Shown here piece after piece: positions 7,916-17,653 of a DNA stretch of 64,000 nt. This stretch comes from Candidatus Hermodarchaeota archaeon (GTDB taxonomy: Archaea > Asgardarchaeota > Hermodarchaeia > Hermodarchaeales > Hermodarchaeaceae). A program made the position numbers and the translations under genes. How positions within the stretch are numbered: the stretch's first letter is position 1; each line of letters begins with the position of its first letter. The stretch lies in contig JAEOTO010000032.1 of NCBI GenBank assembly GCA_016839805.1, forward strand, positions 192,001 to 256,000. Reading direction: 5' to 3'. Below the pieces are notes generated by a model that did no database searches, was not told the DNA's origin, and saw only the letters and a list, made by a program, of their open reading frames with translations.

Positions 7916-10240
7916 ATGACTAAAACCCAGCAAGCAGAAATTCGAGTTGTTGGTGTCGTACAAGGTATTGGCTTCCGACCATTCATCTACTCGCAGGCTA
8001 TAAAACATCAGCTGCTAGGATATGTTTTGAATACAGGTAATTCCGCTGTTAAAATTATTGTAGAAGGAGAAAAAAACAATATCATTGATTTCATTGATTC
8101 CATTGAACGAGATAAGCCTTTCCTCGCAGTAATTGATAGTATACAAACCATTTGGCGATCCTCAACTAATGGGTTTACCGATTTTCAAATTCACATCTCA
8201 AAGAATGAAGAAAAAGCCGGCGGATCAATAATCCCAGCAGATATTGCAGTCTGCGAAGATTGCATCAAAGATATGTCTAACCCTCACTCAAGACACTATC
8301 AATACCCCATGACTTGTTGTGCGATTTGTGGTCCACGTTATACCACCATCACAGACACGCCTTACGACCGCGAACGAACCACAATGGTTGACTTCCCGCT
8401 TTGTGAAGACTGTTCTGCCGAATTCAATAATCCCCTTAACCGACGATACAACGCACAAACAATTTGTTGCCCAAAATGCGGCCCAGAATTTCGACTAATC
8501 AATTCAGAGGGTTTGGTTGTTGACGCTACTGATGTATTTCAGGAAACCGTCAAGCTGTTAAACAAGGGTAAAATCGTCGCAATAAAGGGATTAGGCGGCA
8601 TTCACCTTGCAGTAAGAGCCGAACTTGAAGAAGAAGTACAACGTTTACGCAAGTTAAGAAACAAACCCCATAAACCATTAGCGATTATGTCACCTAACCT
8701 TGATGCAATTAAGCAATATGCTAGAGTCAACGACACGGCAAAGCAATTATTATTATCGTGGCGACGGCCTATTGTAGTTTTAGAAAAAATTAAAAAATTC
8801 CAGTTAGCCCCTTCCTTAGCTCCTGGACTTGACACGATTGGGGTAATGCTTCCCTACTCAGGAATCTACCTACGTTTATTCGATGGCCTCCAAGATGTCG
8901 CACTAGTGATGACTAGTGCTAATCCAGTAGGTTTACCAACCATCATTCACGCCAATACCTTCCAAGAACGCTTCATGAAAATGGCTGATTTCTTTCTCAC
9001 TCATAACCGTACAATTTACCAACGATGTGATGACTCAGTAGTTATCCCCACAAATGATCAAACCCTTATCATCCGCCGATCAAGAGGTTATACCCCTGAA
9101 CCCATTAATACAGCGAATATGGGACCTCCCATTCTAGCATTAGGAGCATTAGAAAAAAACACTGGCGCCATTTACCACAAAAAACGCATTTTCCTCACAC
9201 AGCACATAGGTGATGTTGACACCATAGAAACGTTACAATATCTCCAAGAAAGTCTATCACAGCTCCAAAAGCTACTACGTATCAGCAGCTTTGATGCAAT
9301 TGCCTGTGATCTTCACCCTGATTTCCTTACCACCCAATATGCCGAAAAGTTAGCCAAAGAACAAAAAATACCCCTAGTCCAGGTTCAACACCATCACTCC
9401 CACCTTGCTGCATTACTAGCTGACCATCAATTACCAATGGATGAAGAAATAATTGCCATCTGCTGTGATGGCGCAGGATACGGACCCGATAATACTATCT
9501 GGGGTGGAGAAATACTAGCGGGGAATGCACGTGAATACCAACGCGTAGGATATCTCGAACCGCACCCAATGCCCGGAGGAGATCTTGCGGCACAATACCC
9601 GTTCAGAATGCTCATGGGAATTCTATCTAAGAAATATTCGCAAACCAAATTAGAGCGCGTGTTTCAAAAAGAAGCAAAAAAAGCCTTACCTCAAGGCCAA
9701 ATGGAGTTACAAAACGTCATCACTCAAACATACCAAAAAATCAACACCCCCTTAACATCGAGCACCGGCAGAATTCTTGATGCTTTAGCAGCTCTCCTTC
9801 AAGTTTCTTACAAAAGGACATACGAAGGCGAACCAGCAATCCGTTTCGAAGCCTATGCAAACTCAGGTAAAAATAACCCCAAAGTTCATTTGGAAATCCC
9901 TGTAACCCGACAGGAATCCTCGTACCTTCTTGATACAGGAACCCTGGTCGACCAAGTTTTTCAACAACGATCAGACATACAGGGACCTGACCTAGCGTTG
10001 GCCGCACATCTAACTCTTGGTCAAGCCCTAGCAAATATCGCTGTACAATCAGCTAATGCGCGCGGATTAAATCGAATCGGTTTTTCAGGTGGCGTAGCAT
10101 ACAATAAGATCTTAACTAAGACCATTCGAGATGCAGTCGAATTAGAAGGGCTGACTTTTTTACTCCATCGAAATGTACCCCCAGGTGACGCAGGAACATC
10201 GGTAGGACAATCCCTTGTGGCACGCTCTCAAATTATTTGA
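7916..10240 (+). CDS. hypF: Hydrogenase maturation carbamoyltransferase HypF
   Basis: GVVQGIGFRPF, two CxxC zinc fingers, KGLGG, DLHP, QHHHSH, PPGD; start at 7907 or 7916. Confidence 0.96.
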   Translation: MTKTQQAEIRVVGVVQGIGFRPFIYSQAIKHQLLGYVLNTGNSAVKIIVEGEKNNIIDFIDSIERDKPFLAVIDSIQTIWRSSTNGFTDFQIHISKNEEKAGGSIIPADIAVCEDCIKDMSNPHSRHYQYPMTCCAICGPRYTTITDTPYDRERTTMVDFPLCEDCSAEFNNPLNRRYNAQTICCPKCGPEFRLINSEGLVVDATDVFQETVKLLNKGKIVAIKGLGGIHLAVRAELEEEVQRLRKLRNKPHKPLAIMSPNLDAIKQYARVNDTAKQLLLSWRRPIVVLEKIKKFQLAPSLAPGLDTIGVMLPYSGIYLRLFDGLQDVALVMTSANPVGLPTIIHANTFQERFMKMADFFLTHNRTIYQRCDDSVVIPTNDQTLIIRRSRGYTPEPINTANMGPPILALGALEKNTGAIYHKKRIFLTQHIGDVDTIETLQYLQESLSQLQKLLRISSFDAIACDLHPDFLTTQYAEKLAKEQKIPLVQVQHHHSHLAALLADHQLPMDEEIIAICCDGAGYGPDNTIWGGEILAGNAREYQRVGYLEPHPMPGGDLAAQYPFRMLMGILSKKYSQTKLERVFQKEAKKALPQGQMELQNVITQTYQKINTPLTSSTGRILDALAALLQVSYKRTYEGEPAIRFEAYANSGKNNPKVHLEIPVTRQESSYLLDTGTLVDQVFQQRSDIQGPDLALAAHLTLGQALANIAVQSANARGLNRIGFSGGVAYNKILTKTIRDAVELEGLTFLLHRNVPPGDAGTSVGQSLVARSQII

Positions 10241-10283
10241 ACCCGTTGTTATTGAATCAACGTATTTGTTGAACAAAGACTAA

Positions 10284-10310
10284 TTCATTTATTTCAATGA
10301 ATTCATTAAG
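10284..10310. repeat. Phased 9-bp array F, abutting ORB1
   Basis: TTCATTTAT TTCAATGAA TTCATTAAG directly followed by TTCCAGTGGAA. Confidence 0.6.
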
Positions 10311-10323
10311 TTCCAGTGGAAAT
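10310..10323 (+). promoter_or_regulatory. ORB1 (core only, no G-string)
   Basis: GTTCCAGTGGAAAT. Confidence 0.75.
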
Positions 10324-10378
10324 CATCCACAACTAATATAAATACCGGTTTATTATCTAGACGCAGAGTTGTGGTTAA

Positions 10379-10672
10379 ATGGCAGCTACTCGAACAACAC
10401 AGCAAACCCGACATGGTGCTCAAAAAGGTAAAAACCGTCAAAGCACATCAACTGTACAGGCCGCAGCACCAACAAACCCCAAGGTAAATATCATCGATTT
10501 ACTTCGAGATAAAGGTGCTTTAACTAGGGGTGATATCACAACAGAAACGGGGATCCCACGTACAACTGTATATGATACCTTGATGAATCTCCTCATTTCT
10601 GGGGTTATTGAAAAGTATGTTGAAAAAAATGGTCGTCGTGGTCGGCCATCTGTTTATTATCAACTTGTATAA
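10379..10672 (+). CDS. Small TrmB-like wHTH protein
   Basis: TGIPRTTVYDTLMNL...GRRGRPSVYY. Confidence 0.85.
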   Translation: MAATRTTQQTRHGAQKGKNRQSTSTVQAAAPTNPKVNIIDLLRDKGALTRGDITTETGIPRTTVYDTLMNLLISGVIEKYVEKNGRRGRPSVYYQLV

Positions 10673-10687
10673 TCCCTAGCAACTAAG

Positions 10688-10708
10688 CCCCTTTGTTTCC
10701 ACTGGAAC
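10688..10708 (-). promoter_or_regulatory. ORB2 with G-string
   Basis: Reverse complement GTTCCAGTGGAAACAAAGGGG. Confidence 0.9.
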
Positions 10709-10890
10709 CTCATTTATTAGGTTTTTCTGTGATAATCTAGACACATTAGAAAATGCGCAAAACCATTCTATGAAACATTAAGAAAAGGCTTCTAGAAACG
10801 GGAAACTATTAATACATCCTAAACTAAAAACAAACGGGTATTATTCTTCGAATAACATATTTCCATGCACAAACTCTTTATTTTCTTCGA

Positions 10891-10911
10891 GTTCCAGTGG
10901 AAACGAAGGGG
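10891..10911 (+). promoter_or_regulatory. ORB3 with G-string
   Basis: GTTCCAGTGGAAACGAAGGGG. Confidence 0.9.
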
Positions 10912-11079
10912 AGTAATATTATTATTTCATCATCTTGTTCTTAGTAGATCGTAGAACGTCTTCATTGATGTAATATATGAAAGTTTATAACTATAGTTCA
11001 TAACTTTTTATAATAAAACAATACACACAATCAAAAATCCCTAAGAATTGATATCATAGAGTCTGAAGATTTTCGGTGG

Positions 11080-11535
11080 TTATACTTTTGTAGCCAGAAT
11101 TGTGGCAATTTCTTCTTCTAATACCTCGATATTAACCCGGTATTCACGTTGTGCAGGTGATCCACGCCGGGTAAGGTTGCCTTCGTCATGCAGTCTTCGG
11201 AGGTATTGAGATGCAGTAGCTAATCGGAGGGGTGTATGGAAGGTCCGATTATAGAGTTCTTGGATGTCACTAGAGGTAAACCAGCCGTGCCGGCAGTGAC
11301 GGAGTACAATATAGCGGACTTTACGGAACAGGCTCCAAGATTCGATATCCGCTAGAGTGGTTAATTCCTTTGCGGGTGTTGTTGGTGTTTCTTCAGTGCC
11401 AGATTGATTGAGTGCTTTGGATATTGATTGTGTAATGGATTCAGGCAAACCATCATCGAAGGTAATGGTCAGGTTGCAGGTTTTTCCCTCGATTGTGAGG
11501 CCTTCGATGGTAATCTTTTGCTTCTTTTTCTTCAT
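11080..11535 (-). CDS. wHTH protein
   Basis: WFTSSDIQELY...LATASQYLRRLHDEGNLTRRG...REY; SD AGGTGA. Confidence 0.8.
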   Translation of the reverse strand: MKKKKQKITIEGLTIEGKTCNLTITFDDGLPESITQSISKALNQSGTEETPTTPAKELTTLADIESWSLFRKVRYIVLRHCRHGWFTSSDIQELYNRTFHTPLRLATASQYLRRLHDEGNLTRRGSPAQREYRVNIEVLEEEIATILATKV

Positions 11536-11840
11536 TGTTCCGTCACCTGGTATCTTCTACCCTGCTCTCCGCGTCCCATTATATTCTGGCTTGTTCACAA
11601 TAATAAAAGTGTGACGGTGTGAAGTACTAAGTTAGGGTTTATACACGAAATGTGAGTTGATGTCTTTCTTGTAATTATGGGGGTTTCAAGCTTTATTCAG
11701 AATTCTTTGGTTTTTGGTGGTAAATACGGGTTCTCTGGGTTTATTTTTGGATTTCAGGTACTTTCTCCATTTCTTCTCATTGTTCACAAGTTATCGTTTG
11801 TTTATTAGTTGTTTGTATTAATCTAAGGTCTTAGAGGGTA

Positions 11841-11861
11841 GTTCCAGTGGAAACAAAGGGG
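11841..11861 (+). promoter_or_regulatory. ORB4 with G-string
   Basis: GTTCCAGTGGAAACAAAGGGG. Confidence 0.9.
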
Positions 11862-12108
11862 TGACTATCTGTTCACTAATGTTTTTATTCGAAATAATGG
11901 CGCGTTTAGAGAAAGATATCATAAAATAGGTTATTTTTGATGTTATGTTGACATTTAACGCGCCAAATGTGAACAAATCAACAGTGATTATTTCAAAGAA
12001 TCGTTTGATAACTCACCTTAATTACGAAATGCTAATATGGAATGGGTGCACACTTCCAAAAGAAACGCTGGGATTTCCTATGGGAGCCTGGTGGAGGATC
12101 GATGATTT

Positions 12109-13344
12109 ATGGATGACCCACGCCCACTTGATCGCATCTTCGAACGTTTTAGTACCGGGCCCTCCCTCATTCGTGATAGGAAAGTTCTCTGGCATTCATA
12201 TGTTCCGGATGAATTACCTCATCGTGAAGAACAAATCACCCAGATTGGAAGCATTTTGGCAACTGGGTTGAAAGGAAGTCGCCCGTCTAATGTTTTTGTG
12301 TATGGGAAACCTGGAACGGGGAAAACGGCAGTAACTCGGTATGTCCTTCGAGAGTTGACAACTAAATTTGGAGAGCTTCAGTTACCTTTCAAATCGGTGT
12401 ATTTGAATTGTCGTAACGTTGATACTGATTATCGGGTTCTGGCCCGAATTTGTGCAGAGTTGGGTCAAAAGGTTCCTTTTACTGGGTTGCCAACTGACGA
12501 AGTTCATTCGCGTCTTATTGAGTTGTTGGAAAGCCAGGATTTACTCACTATTATTGTTCTTGATGAAGTTGACCGTTTGGTTTTGAAGAGTGGAGATGAC
12601 ACCCTGTATAAATTAACGCGAATTAATTATGAGCTATCAAATTCACGGGTTAGTTTAATTGGGATCTCTAACGATCTTCGATTTCCTGAATACTTGGACC
12701 CGCGGGTGTTGAGTAGTTTAAGTGAGGAAAAGGTCATTTTTCATCCGTATACGGCATTACAGCTGCAGGATATCTTACGACGCCGTAGTTCTCATGGCCT
12801 AAAAGATGGAATTCTTGAAGAACCTGGTGTAATTAATTTGTGTGCGGCGCTGGCTGCACGAGAAGAGGGTGATGCAAGACGCGCTTTAGATCTATTTCGA
12901 GTTTCGGTAGAGGTCGCTGAACGCGAAGGAAGTAAAGATGTTTCAGTTGACCACGTTGAAAAGGCACGTTTAAGCATTGAGCGAGATACCGTGCTCGAAG
13001 TGCTCCGTACACTTCCTTTACAACAGAAATTGGTTCTTTATGCTGTTTACATACTGGGTCGTTACAAACATCCACATCCTGTAACGGGGGAAGTTCAAGA
13101 TGTGTATGGCGATTTATGCAATGAATTAGGGATTGACTCTCTAACGCAACGTCGTGTTAGTGATCTTATCAATGATTTAGATGCCATTGGGCTAGTAAAT
13201 GCTAAGGTAGTCAGTAAGGGGAGGTATGGCCGGACAAAGATAATTCGGTTGAGCGTTTCAAACAAAATGGTAGCTGAAGTTTTAGAACGTGATAGCCGAA
13301 TTAAAACGCTCTCAAGTTATATACCGAAAAATCTTGGAAAATAA
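12109..13344 (+). CDS. cdc6: Orc1/Cdc6 replication initiator
   Basis: LPHRE, GKPGTGKT, LDEVD, GDARRALD, SKGRYGRT. Confidence 0.97.
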   Translation: MDDPRPLDRIFERFSTGPSLIRDRKVLWHSYVPDELPHREEQITQIGSILATGLKGSRPSNVFVYGKPGTGKTAVTRYVLRELTTKFGELQLPFKSVYLNCRNVDTDYRVLARICAELGQKVPFTGLPTDEVHSRLIELLESQDLLTIIVLDEVDRLVLKSGDDTLYKLTRINYELSNSRVSLIGISNDLRFPEYLDPRVLSSLSEEKVIFHPYTALQLQDILRRRSSHGLKDGILEEPGVINLCAALAAREEGDARRALDLFRVSVEVAEREGSKDVSVDHVEKARLSIERDTVLEVLRTLPLQQKLVLYAVYILGRYKHPHPVTGEVQDVYGDLCNELGIDSLTQRRVSDLINDLDAIGLVNAKVVSKGRYGRTKIIRLSVSNKMVAEVLERDSRIKTLSSYIPKNLGK

Positions 13345-13368
13345 TTGTCCGGTAATGAGGGTTCTTCT

Positions 13369-13947
13369 ATGTTTGGTGTTCCACGTGGTTCAATTCGTTT
13401 GGTGGGTTATGCGTTTCGGGCCTTAGGAAAAAAAACTATACCTTTGCAGCAATTAATTTTTTTTCTCTCTTTTGATTTAAGACAAATGACTCCTTCCAAA
13501 GCAAAGAAATTTATTCACGATTTACATGCTGACGGAAGAATTGTATTTAAAGACGATTTGGTCTCATTACCTCCTGACCTTGTGATTGAATCGGAACAGC
13601 CTACATCTAGTTCTACTGAAAACTTAGGGGCCTTACTCCAGCACTTCGTTAGCAATTCACGCCTTTCTCGGGCAGTAGGGATGAGTAATCAAGCCCTAGA
13701 AATTAAAATAGCTTCACAAAACCCATTAAGACTAGAAGCTAAAGTACATGGGTCCCAGGATTATATTCTTGTTCTTGATGAGGCCCTAAGACAAATTCAG
13801 CATAATTGTCCTGATTGGAAACGAGTAAGTGTGCTTCACCGGTTTTGTAAGCATGTGGCGAAACTCTTTTTGTTATTAGAAAAAGATGAGTCGATTAGGG
13901 TTTTACAGTCTTTGCAAGAGGAATCGTGGGATTTTGTTCAGCTTTGA
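13369..13947 (+). CDS. DUF2240-like N-terminus fused to a SWIM zinc finger
   Basis: FFLSFDLRQMTPSKAK; HNCPDW...FCKH; alternative TTG start at 13345. Confidence 0.7.
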   Translation: MFGVPRGSIRLVGYAFRALGKKTIPLQQLIFFLSFDLRQMTPSKAKKFIHDLHADGRIVFKDDLVSLPPDLVIESEQPTSSSTENLGALLQHFVSNSRLSRAVGMSNQALEIKIASQNPLRLEAKVHGSQDYILVLDEALRQIQHNCPDWKRVSVLHRFCKHVAKLFLLLEKDESIRVLQSLQEESWDFVQL

Positions 13948-15509
13948 GTGAAATTCAGAGTTTTCACATTAAGGGTTTGAAGATTGACAAGTGGAATGAT
14001 TCCGGGTGTTGGTTCGATTCCGATAAGCTTTTGATAATTAGTCTGACTCTGAAAGGTACCGGAATTAATGAGAAGGGTTTTCCGGTAACTTCCTACGCTG
14101 GTAACATGAACATGTCCGCAATGGAGTATATCAGGTACCTCATCGATAACTAGCCAATCACGGGGCTCGGGTGCTAATGTAGTCCCAATTCGGTCGTCTT
14201 TCTTTTTTCCGTAAATTGGGGCAAGGTGTCGACCACGAAGCATCTCTCGCATTGCAACGAACCTTGCCTCCATTTCGGGTTTAGAAAGAGCGGCCATGAT
14301 ATCTACTAAACTGTCACCATGATAGATGAGGACATTGACTCCATGAAGACTCACTTGCGAAGGGCATCCTAGCGAAGTTACTTCAGTTCCTGAATCGTTG
14401 AGTACACTTAGAAACTTCTCATCGATTGCAGGTCGAGGTAAAGCTAACCGAACTCCATCATGGTTACCAGGCGCTATTAAGACTTGAATGTGATTAGGGA
14501 TTTCTTGAAGAAGACGATTCAGTCCCTTGAATTGACTATCAAGGTCATGAATGGTAATTTCAGCAAGTTGGTTCGGGTAAATTCCAATTCCATCAACAAG
14601 GTCGCCATTTATTATGATATATTTCACGTTACCCGCTAGCTCAATATGTTCCTTACTACCTTCCTTTCCCTGCAGCCAATCAAGAACTCTTTGGAATATT
14701 TTATCCAGAAAATGCTGGCTTCCAAAATGTATATCGGAAATCAGTAACGCGCTAATGTCCTCTTTAGCACGATTATTACGGCGATTAGATGGGATGTCGG
14801 GTAGAAACAAATCCTTTGCAATGAGCATTTCAGAGCTGATGATCGCACCTTCTATGCAAAGCACTTGGTCGAGTAAAACTAATTGTACTTTGGAAAAGAG
14901 ATTCGGGTCCCGATTCTGCACTATGACAGTGACTCGTCCTGTTAGGTCGTCCAATTCTATAGCAATATTCCCACTCTTTGTCATAGTCTTTTTCGTGACT
15001 TGACCAACAATTTTGATTGTTCTATCTTTATCATTCGTTGTGTTCTTCTTTGATTTCATTGCATCTTGGATGTCAATTATTCCCTTTCCATCTACTCGTT
15101 GGCTTAAGATGTCACGTAATCGGTAATATCGATCCTGAAAATTTGAAAGAAAGTCATCAATAGTGCCCTTGCCACGTAATTCGGGTGTAGGATCTTTGAG
15201 AATCTTGATTTCCGATTTTATGCCTTCTGCCGGCTGTCTTTTTTTTGTTGGCTGTGTTATTGGTTTCGTTGGTTTAGCGTCTTTTTCTTTGGTTATCTCA
15301 GGCGGTTCAATCCGAGGTAATTGAAAATGTGTGGGTTTGAGAACAGGAGTTTCTAAAGGGTGAATTTTGTTTGTTGATAGAAAGGTATCCACAATCTGGT
15401 TTGGATTTGGTTCTTTTTGCAACATATCTAAGGTTTCTGGGCTAATTTGGAATCCGGCTTTGATTAATTTCGCAACAGCTGTTTGTACGTTGGTTTCTTC
15501 TGTTGACAC
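13938..15509 (-). CDS. polB: DNA polymerase D small subunit DP1
   Basis: OB fold; calcineurin-like motifs SDIH, GDLVDG, PGNHD, YHG, GHVH, NSGTFQ. Confidence 0.95.
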   Translation of the reverse strand: MSTEETNVQTAVAKLIKAGFQISPETLDMLQKEPNPNQIVDTFLSTNKIHPLETPVLKPTHFQLPRIEPPEITKEKDAKPTKPITQPTKKRQPAEGIKSEIKILKDPTPELRGKGTIDDFLSNFQDRYYRLRDILSQRVDGKGIIDIQDAMKSKKNTTNDKDRTIKIVGQVTKKTMTKSGNIAIELDDLTGRVTVIVQNRDPNLFSKVQLVLLDQVLCIEGAIISSEMLIAKDLFLPDIPSNRRNNRAKEDISALLISDIHFGSQHFLDKIFQRVLDWLQGKEGSKEHIELAGNVKYIIINGDLVDGIGIYPNQLAEITIHDLDSQFKGLNRLLQEIPNHIQVLIAPGNHDGVRLALPRPAIDEKFLSVLNDSGTEVTSLGCPSQVSLHGVNVLIYHGDSLVDIMAALSKPEMEARFVAMREMLRGRHLAPIYGKKKDDRIGTTLAPEPRDWLVIDEVPDILHCGHVHVTSVGSYRKTLLINSGTFQSQTNYQKLIGIEPTPGIIPLVNLQTLNVKTLNFTQS

Positions 15510-15610
15510 GCCTTATCGCCAATACATCAATGGGCAGTTATCTTTTTTGTAGAGTTCGGTTAGGATGATATCATAAGGAACCTTAACGAATATTATCAAG
15601 AACTCGATTT

Positions 15611-16579
15611 ATGGTGGTATCCATGGAGGCAAGGAAGTTACAGCAAGTTGGGGCGACTTTTCTTCTCTCAGTTCCCAAACACTGGGTCGAAGAACAAGGC
15701 CTGAAAAAAGGTTCGATGATTATTGTACATGAACGCGTGGATGGAATGCTGATAATTGATCCTGGTCTAGTTGAAGAACCATTGAAATTACGAAGTGTAA
15801 TCACTAATCCGTCGAATTTGGGGCGTAATATTTTAGCAGGGTATCTTGCGGGGAATGATGTTATTGAGGTTAATCTTGGGAATGAGATGACTCCGGTACT
15901 AAAACGTGAAATCAAGCGTATGTCTCAGTTTTTGGTTGGAGTTGAGATTATGGAAGAGGATGCGTCTACAATGACACTCCAATGTCTAATTCCACGAAGT
16001 ATTGACTCTCGAACTTATTTGCGACGTACTTATGGTATCGCTGCAAAGATGCATGAAGACGCAATACGTGCTTTTATTCGGAATGACCAAGAATTGGCAC
16101 AAGATGTGATTAACCGAGATCGCGAAGTGGATCGATTATATTTCCTTGTTGTTCGTCAGCTCCGGAAAGCTATTGCATCACCCACTGGTGACCTTATGCT
16201 TTCCCCACTTAATCTCCTCGATTATCGGCTTGTTGCCAAGGAAGTAGAAGCTATTGCAGATGGTTGTGCAAGTATCGCCGAACAAGTGATTACAGAAGGT
16301 TATGTGGTTCCTCCTCGTCCATTTGCACGTGTTCTAACGGAAATCAGTCAACAAGTCCTCCTCGCACATCGAGAGGCTATTACAGCGGTTATTAAACAAG
16401 ATAATAACCGGGCACGGCGTGTTATTGCCCTTCAAGAAAAAATTTCAAGGCTTGTTGTTGAAATAACTGAGGTATTAGCAAAACAGGACACATCGGTATT
16501 ACCCGTCTTTGATCGGGTAATCCATAATCTTGAAAGAATCTTTGAATCTAGCATTGATATTGCGGACCTTGTAATATGA
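15611..16579 (+). CDS. phoU: AbrB-PhoU phosphate uptake regulator
   Basis: RKLQQVG...SVPKHW; DREVDRLYFLVVRQL. Confidence 0.9.
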   Translation: MVVSMEARKLQQVGATFLLSVPKHWVEEQGLKKGSMIIVHERVDGMLIIDPGLVEEPLKLRSVITNPSNLGRNILAGYLAGNDVIEVNLGNEMTPVLKREIKRMSQFLVGVEIMEEDASTMTLQCLIPRSIDSRTYLRRTYGIAAKMHEDAIRAFIRNDQELAQDVINRDREVDRLYFLVVRQLRKAIASPTGDLMLSPLNLLDYRLVAKEVEAIADGCASIAEQVITEGYVVPPRPFARVLTEISQQVLLAHREAITAVIKQDNNRARRVIALQEKISRLVVEITEVLAKQDTSVLPVFDRVIHNLERIFESSIDIADLVI

Positions 16580-16591
16580 ATAAATATGGAG

Positions 16592-16688
16592 TGGCGCGGA
16601 GTAGGGGATTTGAACCCCTGCGACCAGATGGTCACTGGATAACCCGATTTATCTCGAGTCCAGCGCGTTACCGCTCCGCCAACTCCGC
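16592..16688 (-). tRNA. tRNA-Ser(CGA) with 12-nt intron at 37/38 (16641-16652)
   Basis: Cloverleaf with long variable arm, CTGGA-CT-CGA-G/A-TCCAG, encoded CCA. Confidence 0.92.
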
Positions 16689-16804
16689 TAGAATTTTGAA
16701 TATGACGGTACTCGCCAATAAACGTTTTTTCTCCTCTTTATCTTGTTTCACCCAAACACTTTATTTCCTGGGACGAGTCCCACAACTCAAATAGGTGAAT
16801 CTCT

Positions 16805-17653
16805 TTGGTCCAATCAAAAGACGTAACAGCTATACAAAGGAAGTATAAAATCATTGGGCGCCAAGACATAATAACTCAATGTCTTGCTTCGGATCAGGCA
16901 GATAAACATCTTCTTATCGAAGGACCAGTTGGTGTTGGCAAAACCACGATTGCTTCAGCTATAGCTGATTTCTTAGGGCGCTCTTTTTTCCGTGTTGATG
17001 GGGATGAACGTTATACTTCAGCAAAGCTGGTTGGTTGGTTTGATCCCCCCGTTGTGTTGCAACAAGGCTATACACGCGACACTTTCGTTCCGGGTCCATT
17101 AATTGAAACTATGGAAACTGGTGGGGTACTTTTTATTAATGAAATCAATCGGATGCCTGAAGCAACGCAAAATACATTACTCCCTGTCATGGATGAAGGG
17201 CGCTTACATGTACCCAAATTAGGAACAATCCTTGCAAAAAATGGTTTCCGCATTATTGCTACACAAAATCCTGAAGCCAGTGTGGGTGTTACACCTCTTG
17301 GTGAGGCGCTTCGTGATCGCTATGTCTGGTTGTACTTGGACTATCATTCTGAATCAGAAGAGCAAGAAATTGTGAAAATAAATACTGGCGTTAAAGATGA
17401 AGAAATTCTCAATATTGCTGTAGCTATTACACGTGCGACACGTGATTATGTCGACATTTTACGAGGGGCCAGCGTTCGGGGTGCAATAGATACCGCTAGT
17501 TTATACAAACAACTTCCTGGGGATGGTCATAAAATTTGGGAACAAGCAGCGGTGATGTCGCTGGTGCCAAAAATCGAATTGAATGATAATGCCCAAAAAT
17601 CACCAGTTGAAGTGATATTAACCTTAGTAAAATCAATTTTAGCAAATTTTTGA
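16805..17653 (+). CDS. MoxR-family AAA+ ATPase
   Basis: GPVGVGKT, INEINR, IATQNP, ALRDR. Confidence 0.92.
   Translation: MVQSKDVTAIQRKYKIIGRQDIITQCLASDQADKHLLIEGPVGVGKTTIASAIADFLGRSFFRVDGDERYTSAKLVGWFDPPVVLQQGYTRDTFVPGPLIETMETGGVLFINEINRMPEATQNTLLPVMDEGRLHVPKLGTILAKNGFRIIATQNPEASVGVTPLGEALRDRYVWLYLDYHSESEEQEIVKINTGVKDEEILNIAVAITRATRDYVDILRGASVRGAIDTASLYKQLPGDGHKIWEQAAVMSLVPKIELNDNAQKSPVEVILTLVKSILANF

Larger units (their letters stand above)
10310..11861. other. Chromosomal replication origin (oriC) region
   Basis: Four ORB elements with AT-rich spacers (10709-10890, 10912-11040) immediately upstream of orc1/cdc6. Confidence 0.9.

Noticed and set aside
7619-7986. Long overlapping N-terminal extensions of hypF and the HTH-CBS gene
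   Set aside because: Family-typical sequence starts at 7907/7916 and 7824; the extensions are antisense read-through
1948-10310. AT-rich tandem 9-mers as a CRISPR array, given the nearby Cas2-like gene
   Set aside because: Units are 9 bp, degenerate and contiguous, with no unique spacers; no cas1 or effector genes
16576-16794. 72-aa ORF after phoU (likewise the ORFs at 23453-23778, 41142-41348 and 41329-41556)
   Set aside because: They overlap tRNA genes on the opposite strand
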